Shown here piece after piece: positions 21,066 to 32,894 of a stretch of DNA of 64,000 nt. Positions within the stretch are counted from its first letter, which is position 1. Each line of letters opens with the position of its first letter. This DNA is from Nocardioidaceae bacterium UBA4001. GTDB lineage: Bacteria; Actinomycetota; Actinomycetes; Propionibacteriales; Nocardioidaceae. The stretch lies in the NCBI GenBank assembly GCA_002384855.1, contig DGBP01000020.1, forward strand, positions 31,687 through 95,686, in the 5' to 3' direction. The position numbers and the translations under genes are program-made. A model generated the notes under the pieces. The model was given only the letters and a program-made list of their open reading frames with translations, ran no database searches and was not told the origin of the DNA.

Positions 21066-22049
21066 TCAGCGACTCGCCCTGGCCTCGGTCACCGTGATGA
21101 CCATGCGCTCCAGGGCGTACGACGCGTCGCTGGCCGCCCCCTTGACATCGGCATCGGCCTGGGCGACGGCGCGGATCGCGTGCACCAGCCCCACATCCTC
21201 CCAGCCGCGGACCTGCTCGCGCAGCGTCCGGAGCTTCCAGGGCGGCACCCCGACCTCACGGGCCAGGTCGCCCTCGCGCAGCCCGCGCGGAGCGCTCTTG
21301 TACTTGGCGAGGCCACGAAGTCCGCTGGCGAAGGCGCTCGTGACCAGCACCGGCGCGGTGCCGTTGTCGAGCGCCCAGCGCAGCTCCTCGAGCGCCTTGG
21401 CGGTCCTGCCGTAGATCGCGTGGTCGGCGACGGCGAAGCCCTTCACCTCCGCCCGCCCGCCGAAGTACTTCCTGACCACGTCGGCGGTGAGCGGCTGGCC
21501 GGCGAAGTCGTTGGCCAGCTGGTGGCAGGCGCCGGCGAGGGCCCTCAGGTCGTGCCCCACCGCCTGGACCAGGAGTTCCGCGGCGTCCTCGGCGATGCGG
21601 ACGCCGTGGGAGCGGCTCTCCGCGGCGACCCAGCGGGCGTACTCGCTCGGCTTGAGAGCGGTGGACCTCACCTCGGTGACGGGACCGAGCTTGCGCAGCT
21701 TCGCCAGGAGGCCGGACCCCTTCTGCCCGCCCGAGTGCACCAGCACCAACCCCACGTCCTCCGCCGGGGAGGCGGCGTACCCCAGCAGCCCGTCGTGGGT
21801 GTCGTCGGGGAGGTCCTCGAGTCCACGGACGACCACGCAGCGGATGGCGGAGAACAGCGACGGCGCGGCGAGGTCGGCCAGCGCACCCATCGAGAGCTGG
21901 TCGGCCGTCGTCTCGCTGACCTCGGACTCCTCGTCGGCGTGACGGACCGCCTGGAGTACGGCGGCGACCGCCCGCTGGTTGAGCAGCTCCTCGGGACCGG
22001 TCACGAGGGTGACGTGCCCCAGGACGTCGGATGCCTTCGGGGTTGCCAT
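21066..22049 (-). CDS. holA: DNA polymerase III subunit delta
   Basis: Length and motifs (VTLVTGPEELL..RAV, LANDFAG..LT.D.V..Y) fit. Conserved position between rpsT and comEC. ATG 22049. Confidence 0.85.
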   Translation of the reverse strand: MATPKASDVLGHVTLVTGPEELLNQRAVAAVLQAVRHADEESEVSETTADQLSMGALADLAAPSLFSAIRCVVVRGLEDLPDDTHDGLLGYAASPAEDVGLVLVHSGGQKGSGLLAKLRKLGPVTEVRSTALKPSEYARWVAAESRSHGVRIAEDAAELLVQAVGHDLRALAGACHQLANDFAGQPLTADVVRKYFGGRAEVKGFAVADHAIYGRTAKALEELRWALDNGTAPVLVTSAFASGLRGLAKYKSAPRGLREGDLAREVGVPPWKLRTLREQVRGWEDVGLVHAIRAVAQADADVKGAASDASYALERMVITVTEARASR

Positions 22050-22152
22050 GGTGGGCACAGCCTGCCACACGCCGCCGACACCTCTGGCGTGCGTACTCAT
22101 CACGGTCCTGGGTAGGTGGTGGCGAGGACGCTCCCCCACCCGAAGGAGACCG

Positions 22153-23667
22153 ATGGCCCCGGACCTGATCGCCGGCCGCTACCGCGTCGTGCGCCCGGTC
22201 GGACGGGGCGGCATGGGCACGGTGTGGCTGTGCCGCGACGAGGTCCTCGGGCGTGAGGTGGCGGTCAAGCAGATCGGCCTCTTCCCCGGCGAGTCCGTAC
22301 CCGACCAGCGACGCGCCCTCCGTGAGGCGAGGTCGTCGGCAGCCCTGAACCACCGCAACGTGGTCTCGGTCTTCGACGTGGTGGACCCCGGGCAGAGCGA
22401 GGACGGCCACGCGTGGCTGGTGATGGAGTACGTCCCCTCGCGAACCCTCCGGGAGGTCACCCAGCAGGACGGTCCGCTCGACCCGAGCCGCGTCGCCCGG
22501 ATCGGCGCACAGGTGGCCGAGGGCCTCGTCGCCGCCCACGACGCCGGGATCGTCCACCGCGACGTGAAGCCGGGGAACATCCTGGTCACCGACGAGGACA
22601 TCGCGAAGATCACCGACTTCGGCATCGCGCGGGCTCTCGAGGGCGACGAGCTGACCCGCACCGGCCTGGTCACCGGCACCCCGTCGTACTTCTCCCCCGA
22701 GCTCGCCCGCGGGGAGGATCCCGGGGTCGAGGCGGACGTCTACGCGCTCGGTGCCACCCTGTACGGCGCCGTGGAGGGTCGACCGCCGTACCCCGAGCAG
22801 CGCAACCCGATCGCCCTCCTGCAGACGATCGCCGCGGAGGAGCCCCCACCGCCGACACGGGCCGGCCCGCTGACGACCCCGCTGTCGCGGATGATGGACC
22901 GCGACCGGCGAAGCCGCTGGACCATGGCCGACGCCGCGGGCGCCCTGCGCAGGGTCGCCGAACGGGGTGGCGCCGAGCCGGAGGACACCGCCGTCATGGC
23001 GGCACCGGCGGCCCCCTGGCCGACCGAGCGCCGGTCACCCGAGAGGCGGCCCGCTGCGGCGGCCTCGGCCACGACCGGGCGGGGTGACCTCGGCGCGAAG
23101 GAGCAGGACCACGCCCGGCGCCGCGGGCTGCCCTGGGCTGCCCTGGCCGTGCTGCTCCTGGTCGTCGGGCTCGGCATCGGGGCCTTCGCGCTCACCGGCG
23201 ACGAGGAGCCCGGCGCCGGACGCGAGGACACCCCGGCTGCCCCGGCAGCCACGCAGGAGCCCGAGGCGACACCGTCCGAGACCGCACCGTCGGAGGAGCC
23301 GTCGGAGGAGCCGTCGGCCTCGCCGGACGACGACCCGGCCGGCGACCGGGGCGAGGTGATGGAGTCCCGCGTGAGCGAGTACTTCTCCCTCGTGCCCGGC
23401 GACACCGGCACCGCGTGGGACCGGCTCGCACCCGCCATGCAGGCCCAGGGCCGTGAGGCGTACGACGACTGGTGGGCCTCGATCGACTCCGTCGACCTGC
23501 ACTCGGCGCGGGCTCTGGAGGGTCAGCCGCGGGTGCAGGTCGACCTCACCTACCGCTTCGCCGACGGCCGGGCCACGCGCGAGACCCAGGTGCTCACGCT
23601 GGAGGACTCCGACCGTGGTCATCTCATCGCCGACGACGAGGTGCTGAGCTCCCGCACGGTCAGCTGA
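22153..23667 (+). CDS. Transmembrane serine/threonine protein kinase
   Basis: GRGGMGTVW..AVK (ATP site), HRDVKPGNIL (catalytic loop), DFGIA, and SYFSPE. One TM (LPWAALAVLLLVVGLGIGAFAL), an acidic P/E linker and a C-terminal extracytoplasmic domain of about 110 aa. GAAGGAG RBS. Confidence 0.93.
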   Translation: MAPDLIAGRYRVVRPVGRGGMGTVWLCRDEVLGREVAVKQIGLFPGESVPDQRRALREARSSAALNHRNVVSVFDVVDPGQSEDGHAWLVMEYVPSRTLREVTQQDGPLDPSRVARIGAQVAEGLVAAHDAGIVHRDVKPGNILVTDEDIAKITDFGIARALEGDELTRTGLVTGTPSYFSPELARGEDPGVEADVYALGATLYGAVEGRPPYPEQRNPIALLQTIAAEEPPPPTRAGPLTTPLSRMMDRDRRSRWTMADAAGALRRVAERGGAEPEDTAVMAAPAAPWPTERRSPERRPAAAASATTGRGDLGAKEQDHARRRGLPWAALAVLLLVVGLGIGAFALTGDEEPGAGREDTPAAPAATQEPEATPSETAPSEEPSEEPSASPDDDPAGDRGEVMESRVSEYFSLVPGDTGTAWDRLAPAMQAQGREAYDDWWASIDSVDLHSARALEGQPRVQVDLTYRFADGRATRETQVLTLEDSDRGHLIADDEVLSSRTVS

Positions 23668-25955
23668 CCGTCCTGGGACAGCACCGCGATGTCGCCGGCC
23701 TCGTCGGTGCGTCGCACGATCGTGCCGGCGTCGTCCAGCACCCGCATCGTCTCCGCCGCGGGGTGGCCGTAGCCGTTGTCCCGGCCCACGGACACGAGCG
23801 CCAGCCGGGCCCGCAGGTCGTGGAGGAACTGCGGGTCCTGGTGGCGACTCCCGTGGTGCGGGACCTTCAGCACGTCGACGCGCAGATCGGGCAGGCTGCG
23901 CCTCATCGCCTCCTGCGACTCCGGCTCCATGTCGCCGGTCAGCAGCAGCCGGATCCCTGTCGACTCGACGAGCAGCGCCACGCTCGCGTTGTTGGCCGGT
24001 GACCCCTCTGCCCGCGCCTGCCCGGTCGCGAACCTCCCCTGTGGGCCGACCACCTGCCACGTGAGCGAGCCGATGCGTCGTACCTCCCCGAAGGCCGGCA
24101 CCCGCACCGGCACGCCGGCCGCGAGAGCCGAGGAGACCACCTGGTCGGCGGAGGTCGCCGGCTCCGCGAGCGCCGTCACCAGGACCTCCCCCGGTGGCCG
24201 CTCCTCGAGCAGCGCCGGCAGTCCCGCGACGTGGTCGTCATGGAAGTGGGTCAGCACGACCGAGACCACCTCCCGCACCTCGAGCCGGTCCAGGCACCGG
24301 TCGAGCAGCTCGGGCTCGGGCCCGACGTCGACGACGAGCACCCGGCCGTGCCCGGCGTTGAGCACCAGCCCGTCGCCCTGCCCCACGTCGCACGCGACCA
24401 TCACCCATCCGTCGGGCGGCCAGCCGGGACTGGGCGTCGGGAGTACGACGGACGCGCACATCACGCAGGAGGCGGCCAGAGCACGCCGGCGGCCCCGCAG
24501 CACCCACGGCATCACCAGAGCCAGCAGGACGCACAGCACGCTCAGGACCGCGACCGCTACGGCGCCCTTCGACCACCCCACAGCGGCCGTGGGCAGGCCC
24601 GCGCTCTGCCCTGCGACCGTGGTGATCCACCACGCCGACCACCCGGCGAGGCGACCGAGGAGCAGCCCGACCGGCTCGAGGACGAGGACGACCAGCCCGC
24701 CGGCGAGCCCCAGCACGGTGGCCGGCCCGACCGCGGGGGCGACGACCATGTTCGCGGCCACCGCGACCAGGCTGACCTGGCCCGAGATCGCCGCGACGAC
24801 GGGCGTGCAGGCCAGCTGGGCCGCCAGCGGGACCGCCACCGCCTCGGCGAGCCAGCGCGGCAGCCATCGGCAGAGGGCGTCTCGCCACGGGGGCCCGAGG
24901 AAGAGGATCCCGGCCGTGGCCAGGGCAGACAGCACGAAGCCGACCGACATCGCCAGCCAGGGCTGCACGAGAAGGAGCACCACCACCGCCACCCCGAGCG
25001 CCCGGACCCCCTTCTCCCGTCCGCCGCTGGCCATCCCGACCAGCGCCACCGAGCCCATCGTCGCGGCGCGCACCACGCTGGGCTCGGTGCGGGCGAGCAG
25101 GACGAACCCGAGAACGCCGAGGATGCCCACGACGACGAGACCGCGAGCACGCACCCCGCACCAGCGGGCCACGATGAGCAGGAAGCCGACGACCAGGGTC
25201 AGGTTGGTTCCGGACACCGCCAGCAGGTGCGTCAGCCCGGAGGCCCGGAAGTCGGTGACCAGGTCCTCGGGCATGCCCCGGTCGTCACCCACGACCAGCG
25301 CCGGCACCAGTGTCCGCTCACCCGGTCCGGCGCCCGCCACGGCGCGCCGGATCCCCTGTCGCACAGCGGCCGCCCCGTCGAGCACGTCTGGGGCGGGTCG
25401 CACCAGCTCCGGCGGCCTGCTCGTCGAGAGGACCGCGGCCAGGTCCCCGCCGTCGGGAGGGGCTGTTCGACCCTCGACCCGGACCAGCGACCCGATCTCG
25501 GTGCCCGACCAGGACTCGTCGCCGACCAGCAGCACCGGCAGCCGCGCCTGGTACGTACGCCCGCGACCTGTGGACTCGACGGTCGTGGCGCGCACCAGCA
25601 CGAACGGCTCGTACTCTCCCTGCCTCAGCATCGGGTCGGACGTGACCAGGACGACCGCGGTCACGAACGCACGGTCCTCGGCGAGCGACCGCATCGCGCT
25701 GGCGTCGAGAGCCTCGACCCGTAGCATCGCCGACCCCGCGACGGCCGCTCCGGCCAGCAGCCAGGCCGCACCCACGACCGTCGACCGTCCGCGCCGCCGG
25801 CGCACCACCAGCCCCACCGCGGCGACCACCGCGACCCCGCCCACCACCCACCATGGCAGGAGGAAGCCCGCGAGGGCACCAGCCCAGGAGACCACCGCGA
25901 GGAGCACCATCCGAAGGTCCGGACCGGGCACGGAGGGTGCGGGCCCCGTGGTCAC
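23619..25955 (-). CDS. comEC: ComEC/Rec2 family DNA internalisation protein with C-terminal MBL domain
   Basis: Polytopic competence domain (LTHLLAVSGTNL) and C-terminal MBL domain (VVLTHFHDDHVAGL, KVPHHGS). GTGA overlap with the comEA stop. Confidence 0.9.
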   Translation of the reverse strand: MTTGPAPSVPGPDLRMVLLAVVSWAGALAGFLLPWWVVGGVAVVAAVGLVVRRRRGRSTVVGAAWLLAGAAVAGSAMLRVEALDASAMRSLAEDRAFVTAVVLVTSDPMLRQGEYEPFVLVRATTVESTGRGRTYQARLPVLLVGDESWSGTEIGSLVRVEGRTAPPDGGDLAAVLSTSRPPELVRPAPDVLDGAAAVRQGIRRAVAGAGPGERTLVPALVVGDDRGMPEDLVTDFRASGLTHLLAVSGTNLTLVVGFLLIVARWCGVRARGLVVVGILGVLGFVLLARTEPSVVRAATMGSVALVGMASGGREKGVRALGVAVVVLLLVQPWLAMSVGFVLSALATAGILFLGPPWRDALCRWLPRWLAEAVAVPLAAQLACTPVVAAISGQVSLVAVAANMVVAPAVGPATVLGLAGGLVVLVLEPVGLLLGRLAGWSAWWITTVAGQSAGLPTAAVGWSKGAVAVAVLSVLCVLLALVMPWVLRGRRRALAASCVMCASVVLPTPSPGWPPDGWVMVACDVGQGDGLVLNAGHGRVLVVDVGPEPELLDRCLDRLEVREVVSVVLTHFHDDHVAGLPALLEERPPGEVLVTALAEPATSADQVVSSALAAGVPVRVPAFGEVRRIGSLTWQVVGPQGRFATGQARAEGSPANNASVALLVESTGIRLLLTGDMEPESQEAMRRSLPDLRVDVLKVPHHGSRHQDPQFLHDLRARLALVSVGRDNGYGHPAAETMRVLDDAGTIVRRTDEAGDIAVLSQDGQLTVRELSTSSSAMR

Positions 25956-26938
25956 AGGGTGACGTGTGGCGCGATCTCGGCGAGCGTCTTCTCGCCGATG
26001 CCGGAGACCTCCATCAGCTCGTCGACCGAGGTGAACGGCCCGTGGTCGGTGCGCCACTGCAGGATCGCCGAGGCGGTGACCGGACCGACACCCGGCAGCT
26101 CCTCGAGCTCGGACTGGCCGGCGGTGTTGATGTTGACCAACGCGCCCGACGTCGAGGCGCCTGCGCCGCCGGGCGTGGGCGCCGACGCCGCGGGAGGGGC
26201 CACCCCGCCCGGCGGCGGCACCCCCACGACGATCTGCTCGCCGTCGACCAGCAGCCGCGCGAGGTTGAGAGTGGTGAGGTCGACTCCACGGCGGACCCCG
26301 CCGGCCGACTCGATCGCGTCGACCACCCTCGAGCCCACGGGGAGCGTGGCGATCCCGGGCCGCCGGACCTTCCCGGCCACGTCCACCACGACCGTCGCCG
26401 GACCCACGGATCCGTCCCCGCTCGGCGCGGTCGCGAGGGACCCCGCCGTCGGGGTGACCAGAGCCGGGGCGCTGGCCTCCCCCGCACCCGGGCTGGCCTC
26501 CACCAGCGCCTCCCCGCGCACCGGGAGGACCGTCGTGGTGCCCTGGGCGCGCACGACCCACCAGGCGGTGAGACCGAGGGCGACCGCCACCATCACGGCC
26601 ACGACGGTGAGGTGGCTCTGCCCCAGCCCGACCCGGCCCTGCAAGGTCGGCGGCAGCCGGTCCCGCACCCACCCCCCGGCCCTGTTCGCCATGCTGACCG
26701 GTCGTCGCGCGTGACGCCCCGGTCGGCCGGGCACGACTGGAGGCACCTCCCCGTGCCGGCCGGGACCGCCGACCTCGGCACCGGCCTCGTCGGGCACGTC
26801 GACCTCGAGACCCGCCCCACCGCGGTCAGCCGGCTGCCCGGCGGTCTCCCGCAGCTCGGCGAGCTCGGCGCCCAGCAGCTCCAGCCGGCGTCGGGCGATC
26901 GCGGCGATCTCGTCCTGGGCGGTCCTGCGGGGGCGCAT
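25952..26938 (-). CDS. comEA: ComEA helix-hairpin-helix DNA-binding protein
   Basis: SLBB-like VVVDVAGKVRRPGIATLPVGSRVVDAIESAGG and C-terminal (HhH)2 NINTAGQSELEELPGVGPVTASAILQWR...GPF.SVDEL..V.GIG. Confidence 0.9.
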   Translation of the reverse strand: MRPRRTAQDEIAAIARRRLELLGAELAELRETAGQPADRGGAGLEVDVPDEAGAEVGGPGRHGEVPPVVPGRPGRHARRPVSMANRAGGWVRDRLPPTLQGRVGLGQSHLTVVAVMVAVALGLTAWWVVRAQGTTTVLPVRGEALVEASPGAGEASAPALVTPTAGSLATAPSGDGSVGPATVVVDVAGKVRRPGIATLPVGSRVVDAIESAGGVRRGVDLTTLNLARLLVDGEQIVVGVPPPGGVAPPAASAPTPGGAGASTSGALVNINTAGQSELEELPGVGPVTASAILQWRTDHGPFTSVDELMEVSGIGEKTLAEIAPHVTL

Positions 26939-26980
26939 GACCCGAACCTAGAAAGGCCGCCACCCCGGAGGAAGGAACGA

Positions 26981-27877
26981 TCAGCCGCCTGTGGACGACC
27001 CGCCGGCGTCGTACTCCTGTGGGCGCGGGGCGACCATCACCGCGACCATGCCGGGACCGACGTGGGCGCCGATGACCGCCCCCACCTCGCCGAGGACCAC
27101 CTCTCTGCCCTCGAGGTGCTCGGCCAGCCGCTGCGTGAGGTGCTCGGCGAGCTGCGACGCCCTGTCGGGGTTGGCCAGGTGCGCGACCGCGACATCGACC
27201 TTGTGGCCGTCCGCTGCCGCCACCGCGAGCTCCTCGAGACGGTTCAGCGCGCGACCGGCGGTGCGGACCTTCTCGCGCATCTGGACGTGCCCGTCCTTCA
27301 GCTGCAGCAGCGGCTTGACGGCGAGCGCCGAGCCGAGGAGTGCTGCGGCGGGGCCGATCCGCCCGCCGCGGCGGAGGTACTCCAGGGTGTCGACGTAGAA
27401 CAGCGAGGTCGTTTCCGCCGTGCGTCGTCGCACGACCTCGGCGGCGTCCTGTGCCGTCCCGCCGGCCGCGAGGACCTCCGCGGCCGAGACCACCGCGAAG
27501 CCGGTCGCCATCCCCAGGGCCCGGGAGTCCACCGTGACCACCGGCACCGAGGACTCGCGCGCCGCGAGCTGGGCGGACTCGTAGGTCCCGCTCAGCTCGC
27601 TCGACAGGTGGACCGAGACGATGCCGGTGGCCCCCGAGGCGGCAGCCTTCTCATACACCTCCAGCATCGCCGCCGGGGAAGGCCGTGACGTGTTCACCGG
27701 CGTCCACTCCCGCAGCGCTGCGGCGACCGTCTCCGCGGTCGCGCCGCCCTCGACGCCCTCGTCGTACGACGTCGCGCCGACCACCACCTGCAGCGGGACG
27801 ACGATGATGTCGTACCGCTCCACCACCTCGACCGGCAGCGAGGCCGTCGAGTCGGTGACGAGTGCGATGGAGGACAT
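26981..27877 (-). CDS. DegV family fatty-acid-binding protein
   Basis: IALVTDSTASLP....RYDIIVVPLQV......YDEG. Length about 298 aa. Confidence 0.88.
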   Translation of the reverse strand: MSSIALVTDSTASLPVEVVERYDIIVVPLQVVVGATSYDEGVEGGATAETVAAALREWTPVNTSRPSPAAMLEVYEKAAASGATGIVSVHLSSELSGTYESAQLAARESSVPVVTVDSRALGMATGFAVVSAAEVLAAGGTAQDAAEVVRRRTAETTSLFYVDTLEYLRRGGRIGPAAALLGSALAVKPLLQLKDGHVQMREKVRTAGRALNRLEELAVAAADGHKVDVAVAHLANPDRASQLAEHLTQRLAEHLEGREVVLGEVGAVIGAHVGPGMVAVMVAPRPQEYDAGGSSTGG

Positions 27878-28008
27878 GGCCGGAAGGCTACCCTCCGGCA
27901 CCCGGTGCGGCGTGACCCTCCGGCAGCGTGGACATGGGGGTGGACATGGGGTACGGCGGCGGCGGGTACGGTCGCAGGACCGCCAGAACCGTCGAGGAGA
28001 GGATCCCC

Positions 28009-28659
28009 ATGCGCGTCGTCATCGCCGGAGGTCACGGCCAGATCGCCCTGCTGCTCGAGGAGCGTCTCAGCGGGCGCGGCGACCAGCCGGTCGGCATCGT
28101 CCGCAACCCCGACCACGTGGCCGACCTCGAGCAGCGTGGGGCCGAAGGAGTGGTCCTCGACCTCGAGCAGGCGGGGGTCGAGGAGCTCGCCTCCGTGCTG
28201 GACGGCGCCGACGCGGTGGTCTTCGCCGCCGGGGGCGGACCCGGCTCGGGGACGGCGCGGAAGGAGACCGTGGACAAGAACGCCGCGATCCTGCTCGCCG
28301 ACGCCGCTGAGCGGGCCGGCGTCCGTCGCTACCTGATGGTGTCGTCGATGGGCACCGACCGGGCCGATCCCGACAGCGACGACGTGTTCCAGGTGTACCT
28401 CCGCGCCAAGGCGGCCGCCGATGCGGATCTGCGCTCGCGCGATCTCGACTGGACGATCGTCCAGCCGGGCCGGCTCACCGACGAGCCCGGGACCGGCCGG
28501 GTCAGCCTCGACCCCTCCGCGGAGCCCCGCGAGATCCCCCGTGCCGACGTCGCGCACGCCCTCGAGGCCGCGCTCGACCGGCCCGCCACCTACCGCAAAC
28601 AGCTCACCCTGCTCAGCGGCCCCGACCCCGTCGAGGAAGCCTTCGTCGCCCTGCCCTGA
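28009..28659 (+). CDS. NAD(P)H-binding (atypical SDR, NmrA/YwnB-like) protein
   Basis: MRVVIAGGHGQIA Rossmann start. SSMG......Y..AK pattern. GAGGAGAGGA RBS. Confidence 0.8.
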   Translation: MRVVIAGGHGQIALLLEERLSGRGDQPVGIVRNPDHVADLEQRGAEGVVLDLEQAGVEELASVLDGADAVVFAAGGGPGSGTARKETVDKNAAILLADAAERAGVRRYLMVSSMGTDRADPDSDDVFQVYLRAKAAADADLRSRDLDWTIVQPGRLTDEPGTGRVSLDPSAEPREIPRADVAHALEAALDRPATYRKQLTLLSGPDPVEEAFVALP

Positions 28660-28833
28660 CGTGGAGGAAGCAGCTCCGGCGTGCGCCGGGTGAGACGCGG
28701 CCGGAGCCGGGGGCCAGCGGAAGCCTCAAGCGGCGTTCGCAGGCAGAGTGGCGGTCAGCGGCAGAGAAGACGCGGATGCCGCCAGCGACGCTGGCGCCCG
28801 GCGCAGGTTGCGCGGTCCCGACCCAGGAGCGGG

Positions 28834-31338
<2,505 letters not shown>

Positions 31339-31384
31339 CGCCTCGTCGTCTTCCTGTCGCTCGTCGTACCTGGGGGCCGGGCAC

Positions 31385-31409
31385 AAAAAAACCCCTCAGG
31401 CATGAGGGG
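31385..31409 (-). terminator. Canonical intrinsic terminator in the leuS leader
   Basis: The minus strand reads ACCCCUCA-UGCC-UGAGGGGU followed by UUUUUUU. It ends 47 nt upstream of the leuS ATG. Confidence 0.75.
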
Positions 31410-31411
31410 TA

Positions 31412-31442
31412 GCCGCGCTGTCGTGAAACCTGTCAGCGCGGC
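31412..31442 (-). other. Perfect 9-bp hairpin immediately 5' of the leuS-leader terminator
   Basis: GCCGCGCUG-N13-CAGCGCGGC on the minus strand. It is preceded by CCCUCCUU (31458..31451) and a TAGGAT -10-like hexamer (31480..31475). Confidence 0.6.
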
Positions 31443-31593
31443 CGGCTAAGAAGGAGGGTCCTCGGCACAGGCTCATCCTACCCCAGCCTGCCGGGAGCGG
31501 CCCGGGCGTATCCGTGCGGGCGGACGACTCCGGCGACGGTCGGTGGATAGGGTCGGGGCGCAGCGACGGAGACAGAGACGGAAGGCCTGAACG

Positions 31594-32559
31594 ATGACGA
31601 CATGGCTCGTGACCGGTGGTGCCGGCTACATCGGCGCCCACGTGGTGCGCGCGTTCTCCGAGCAGGGCATCGACGCGGTGGTCGTCGACGACCTGTCCAG
31701 CGGCCACGCGACGTTCGTCCCCGAGCAGGTGCCGTTCGTCGAGGGCACGATCCTCGACACCGACCTGGTGCGCCGCGCGCTGCGCGAGCACGACGTCAGG
31801 GGCGTGGTGCACCTCGCCGGGTTCAAGTACGCCGGGGTCTCGGTGGAGCAGCCGTTGCACACCTACGACCAGAACGTCACCGGCACGGTCAGCCTGCTCC
31901 GCGCCATGCAGGAGGAGGGCGTGACGAACATGGTGTTCTCCTCGAGCGCATCGGTCTACGGCACCCCCGATGTGGACCAGGTCACCGAGGACACCCGCCT
32001 CGCGCCGGAGTCGCCCTACGGGCGGTCGAAGCTGGTCGGCGAGTGGCTGATGGCCGACCAGGAGGTCGCGACGGGCCTGCGGCACACGTCGCTGCGCTAC
32101 TTCAACGTGGTCGGCTCCGTCGACGACTCGATCTACGACACCAGTCCCCACAACCTCTTCCCGCTCGTGTTCGAGGCGCTGGTGTCCGGTCGCTCACCGC
32201 GCATCAACGGCGACGACTACCCCACACCGGACGGCACCTGCGTCCGCGACTACGTCCACGTCGCCGACCTGGCCCACTCCCACGTCGTGGCCGCACAGCG
32301 CCTCGAGGCCGGCGACCGGCTGGCCCGTGCCTACAACCTCGGCAGCGGCGAGGGCAGCTCCGTGCACGAGATCATGGACGCCATGGCCCGGGTCACGGGG
32401 ATCGGCTTCGTGCCGGAGATCGCCCCGCGCCGCCCGGGCGACCCGGCCCGGATCGTCGCCGACGGGGAGCTCGCCGCACGGGAGCTGGACTGGAAGATGC
32501 GCCACTCCCTCGACGACATGGTCGCCGGCGCCTGGTCCGCCCGGAAGAACGCCGGCTGA
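31594..32559 (+). CDS. galE: UDP-glucose 4-epimerase
   Basis: WLVTGGAGYIGAH, catalytic YGRSK, and NVVGS / DGTCVRDYVHV blocks. Confidence 0.92.
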   Translation: MTTWLVTGGAGYIGAHVVRAFSEQGIDAVVVDDLSSGHATFVPEQVPFVEGTILDTDLVRRALREHDVRGVVHLAGFKYAGVSVEQPLHTYDQNVTGTVSLLRAMQEEGVTNMVFSSSASVYGTPDVDQVTEDTRLAPESPYGRSKLVGEWLMADQEVATGLRHTSLRYFNVVGSVDDSIYDTSPHNLFPLVFEALVSGRSPRINGDDYPTPDGTCVRDYVHVADLAHSHVVAAQRLEAGDRLARAYNLGSGEGSSVHEIMDAMARVTGIGFVPEIAPRRPGDPARIVADGELAARELDWKMRHSLDDMVAGAWSARKNAG

Positions 32560-32564
32560 GCGCG

Positions 32565-32894
32565 ATGGCTCTCGAGACCGTCGCCTGCCCCGTCTGCGGG
32601 GGCGAGCAGCCGGCCCTCTCGCGCTACCCCGGCTACCTGTGCCGCGACTGCGTCGCGCGGGCGAGCACCGAGGACGGCCGCCGGCTGAGCCTGGTGAACA
32701 CCAGCGCGAGCGGCGGCTTCGCGGCGAGGTACGCCGACAGCGGCGAGCTGTGCGAGGAGGTCACGCTCACCCACGAGGTGTACGTCGACGGGGTGCGGTG
32801 CCACGCGGACGAGGGCCGGCTCGGCGGGATCGTCGTGCTGGCCCGGCCGGACCACGATGCCCCGAGCCAGGGCGACCCACCCGTCAGCCGATGA
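32565..32894 (+). CDS. Hypothetical protein with N-terminal CxxC...CxxC zinc-ribbon-like motif
   Basis: 109-aa ORF 5 nt after galE with strong G/C third-position bias. CPVCG...CRDC. No family recognised. Confidence 0.55.
   Translation: MALETVACPVCGGEQPALSRYPGYLCRDCVARASTEDGRRLSLVNTSASGGFAARYADSGELCEEVTLTHEVYVDGVRCHADEGRLGGIVVLARPDHDAPSQGDPPVSR

Noticed and set aside
25956-26672. Extension of the comEC ORF to 1017 aa
   Set aside because: The extension overlaps comEA in another frame and is R/G/P/A-rich. ComEC-type N-terminal TM helices begin just after GTG 25955, which forms a GTGA junction with the comEA stop.
31339-31593. T-box riboswitch upstream of leuS
   Set aside because: No T-box sequence (…GGUGGNACCGCG-like) or specifier-loop architecture is visible, and the leader is too short for a canonical T-box. 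It is kept only as an uncharacterised attenuator or sRNA candidate.
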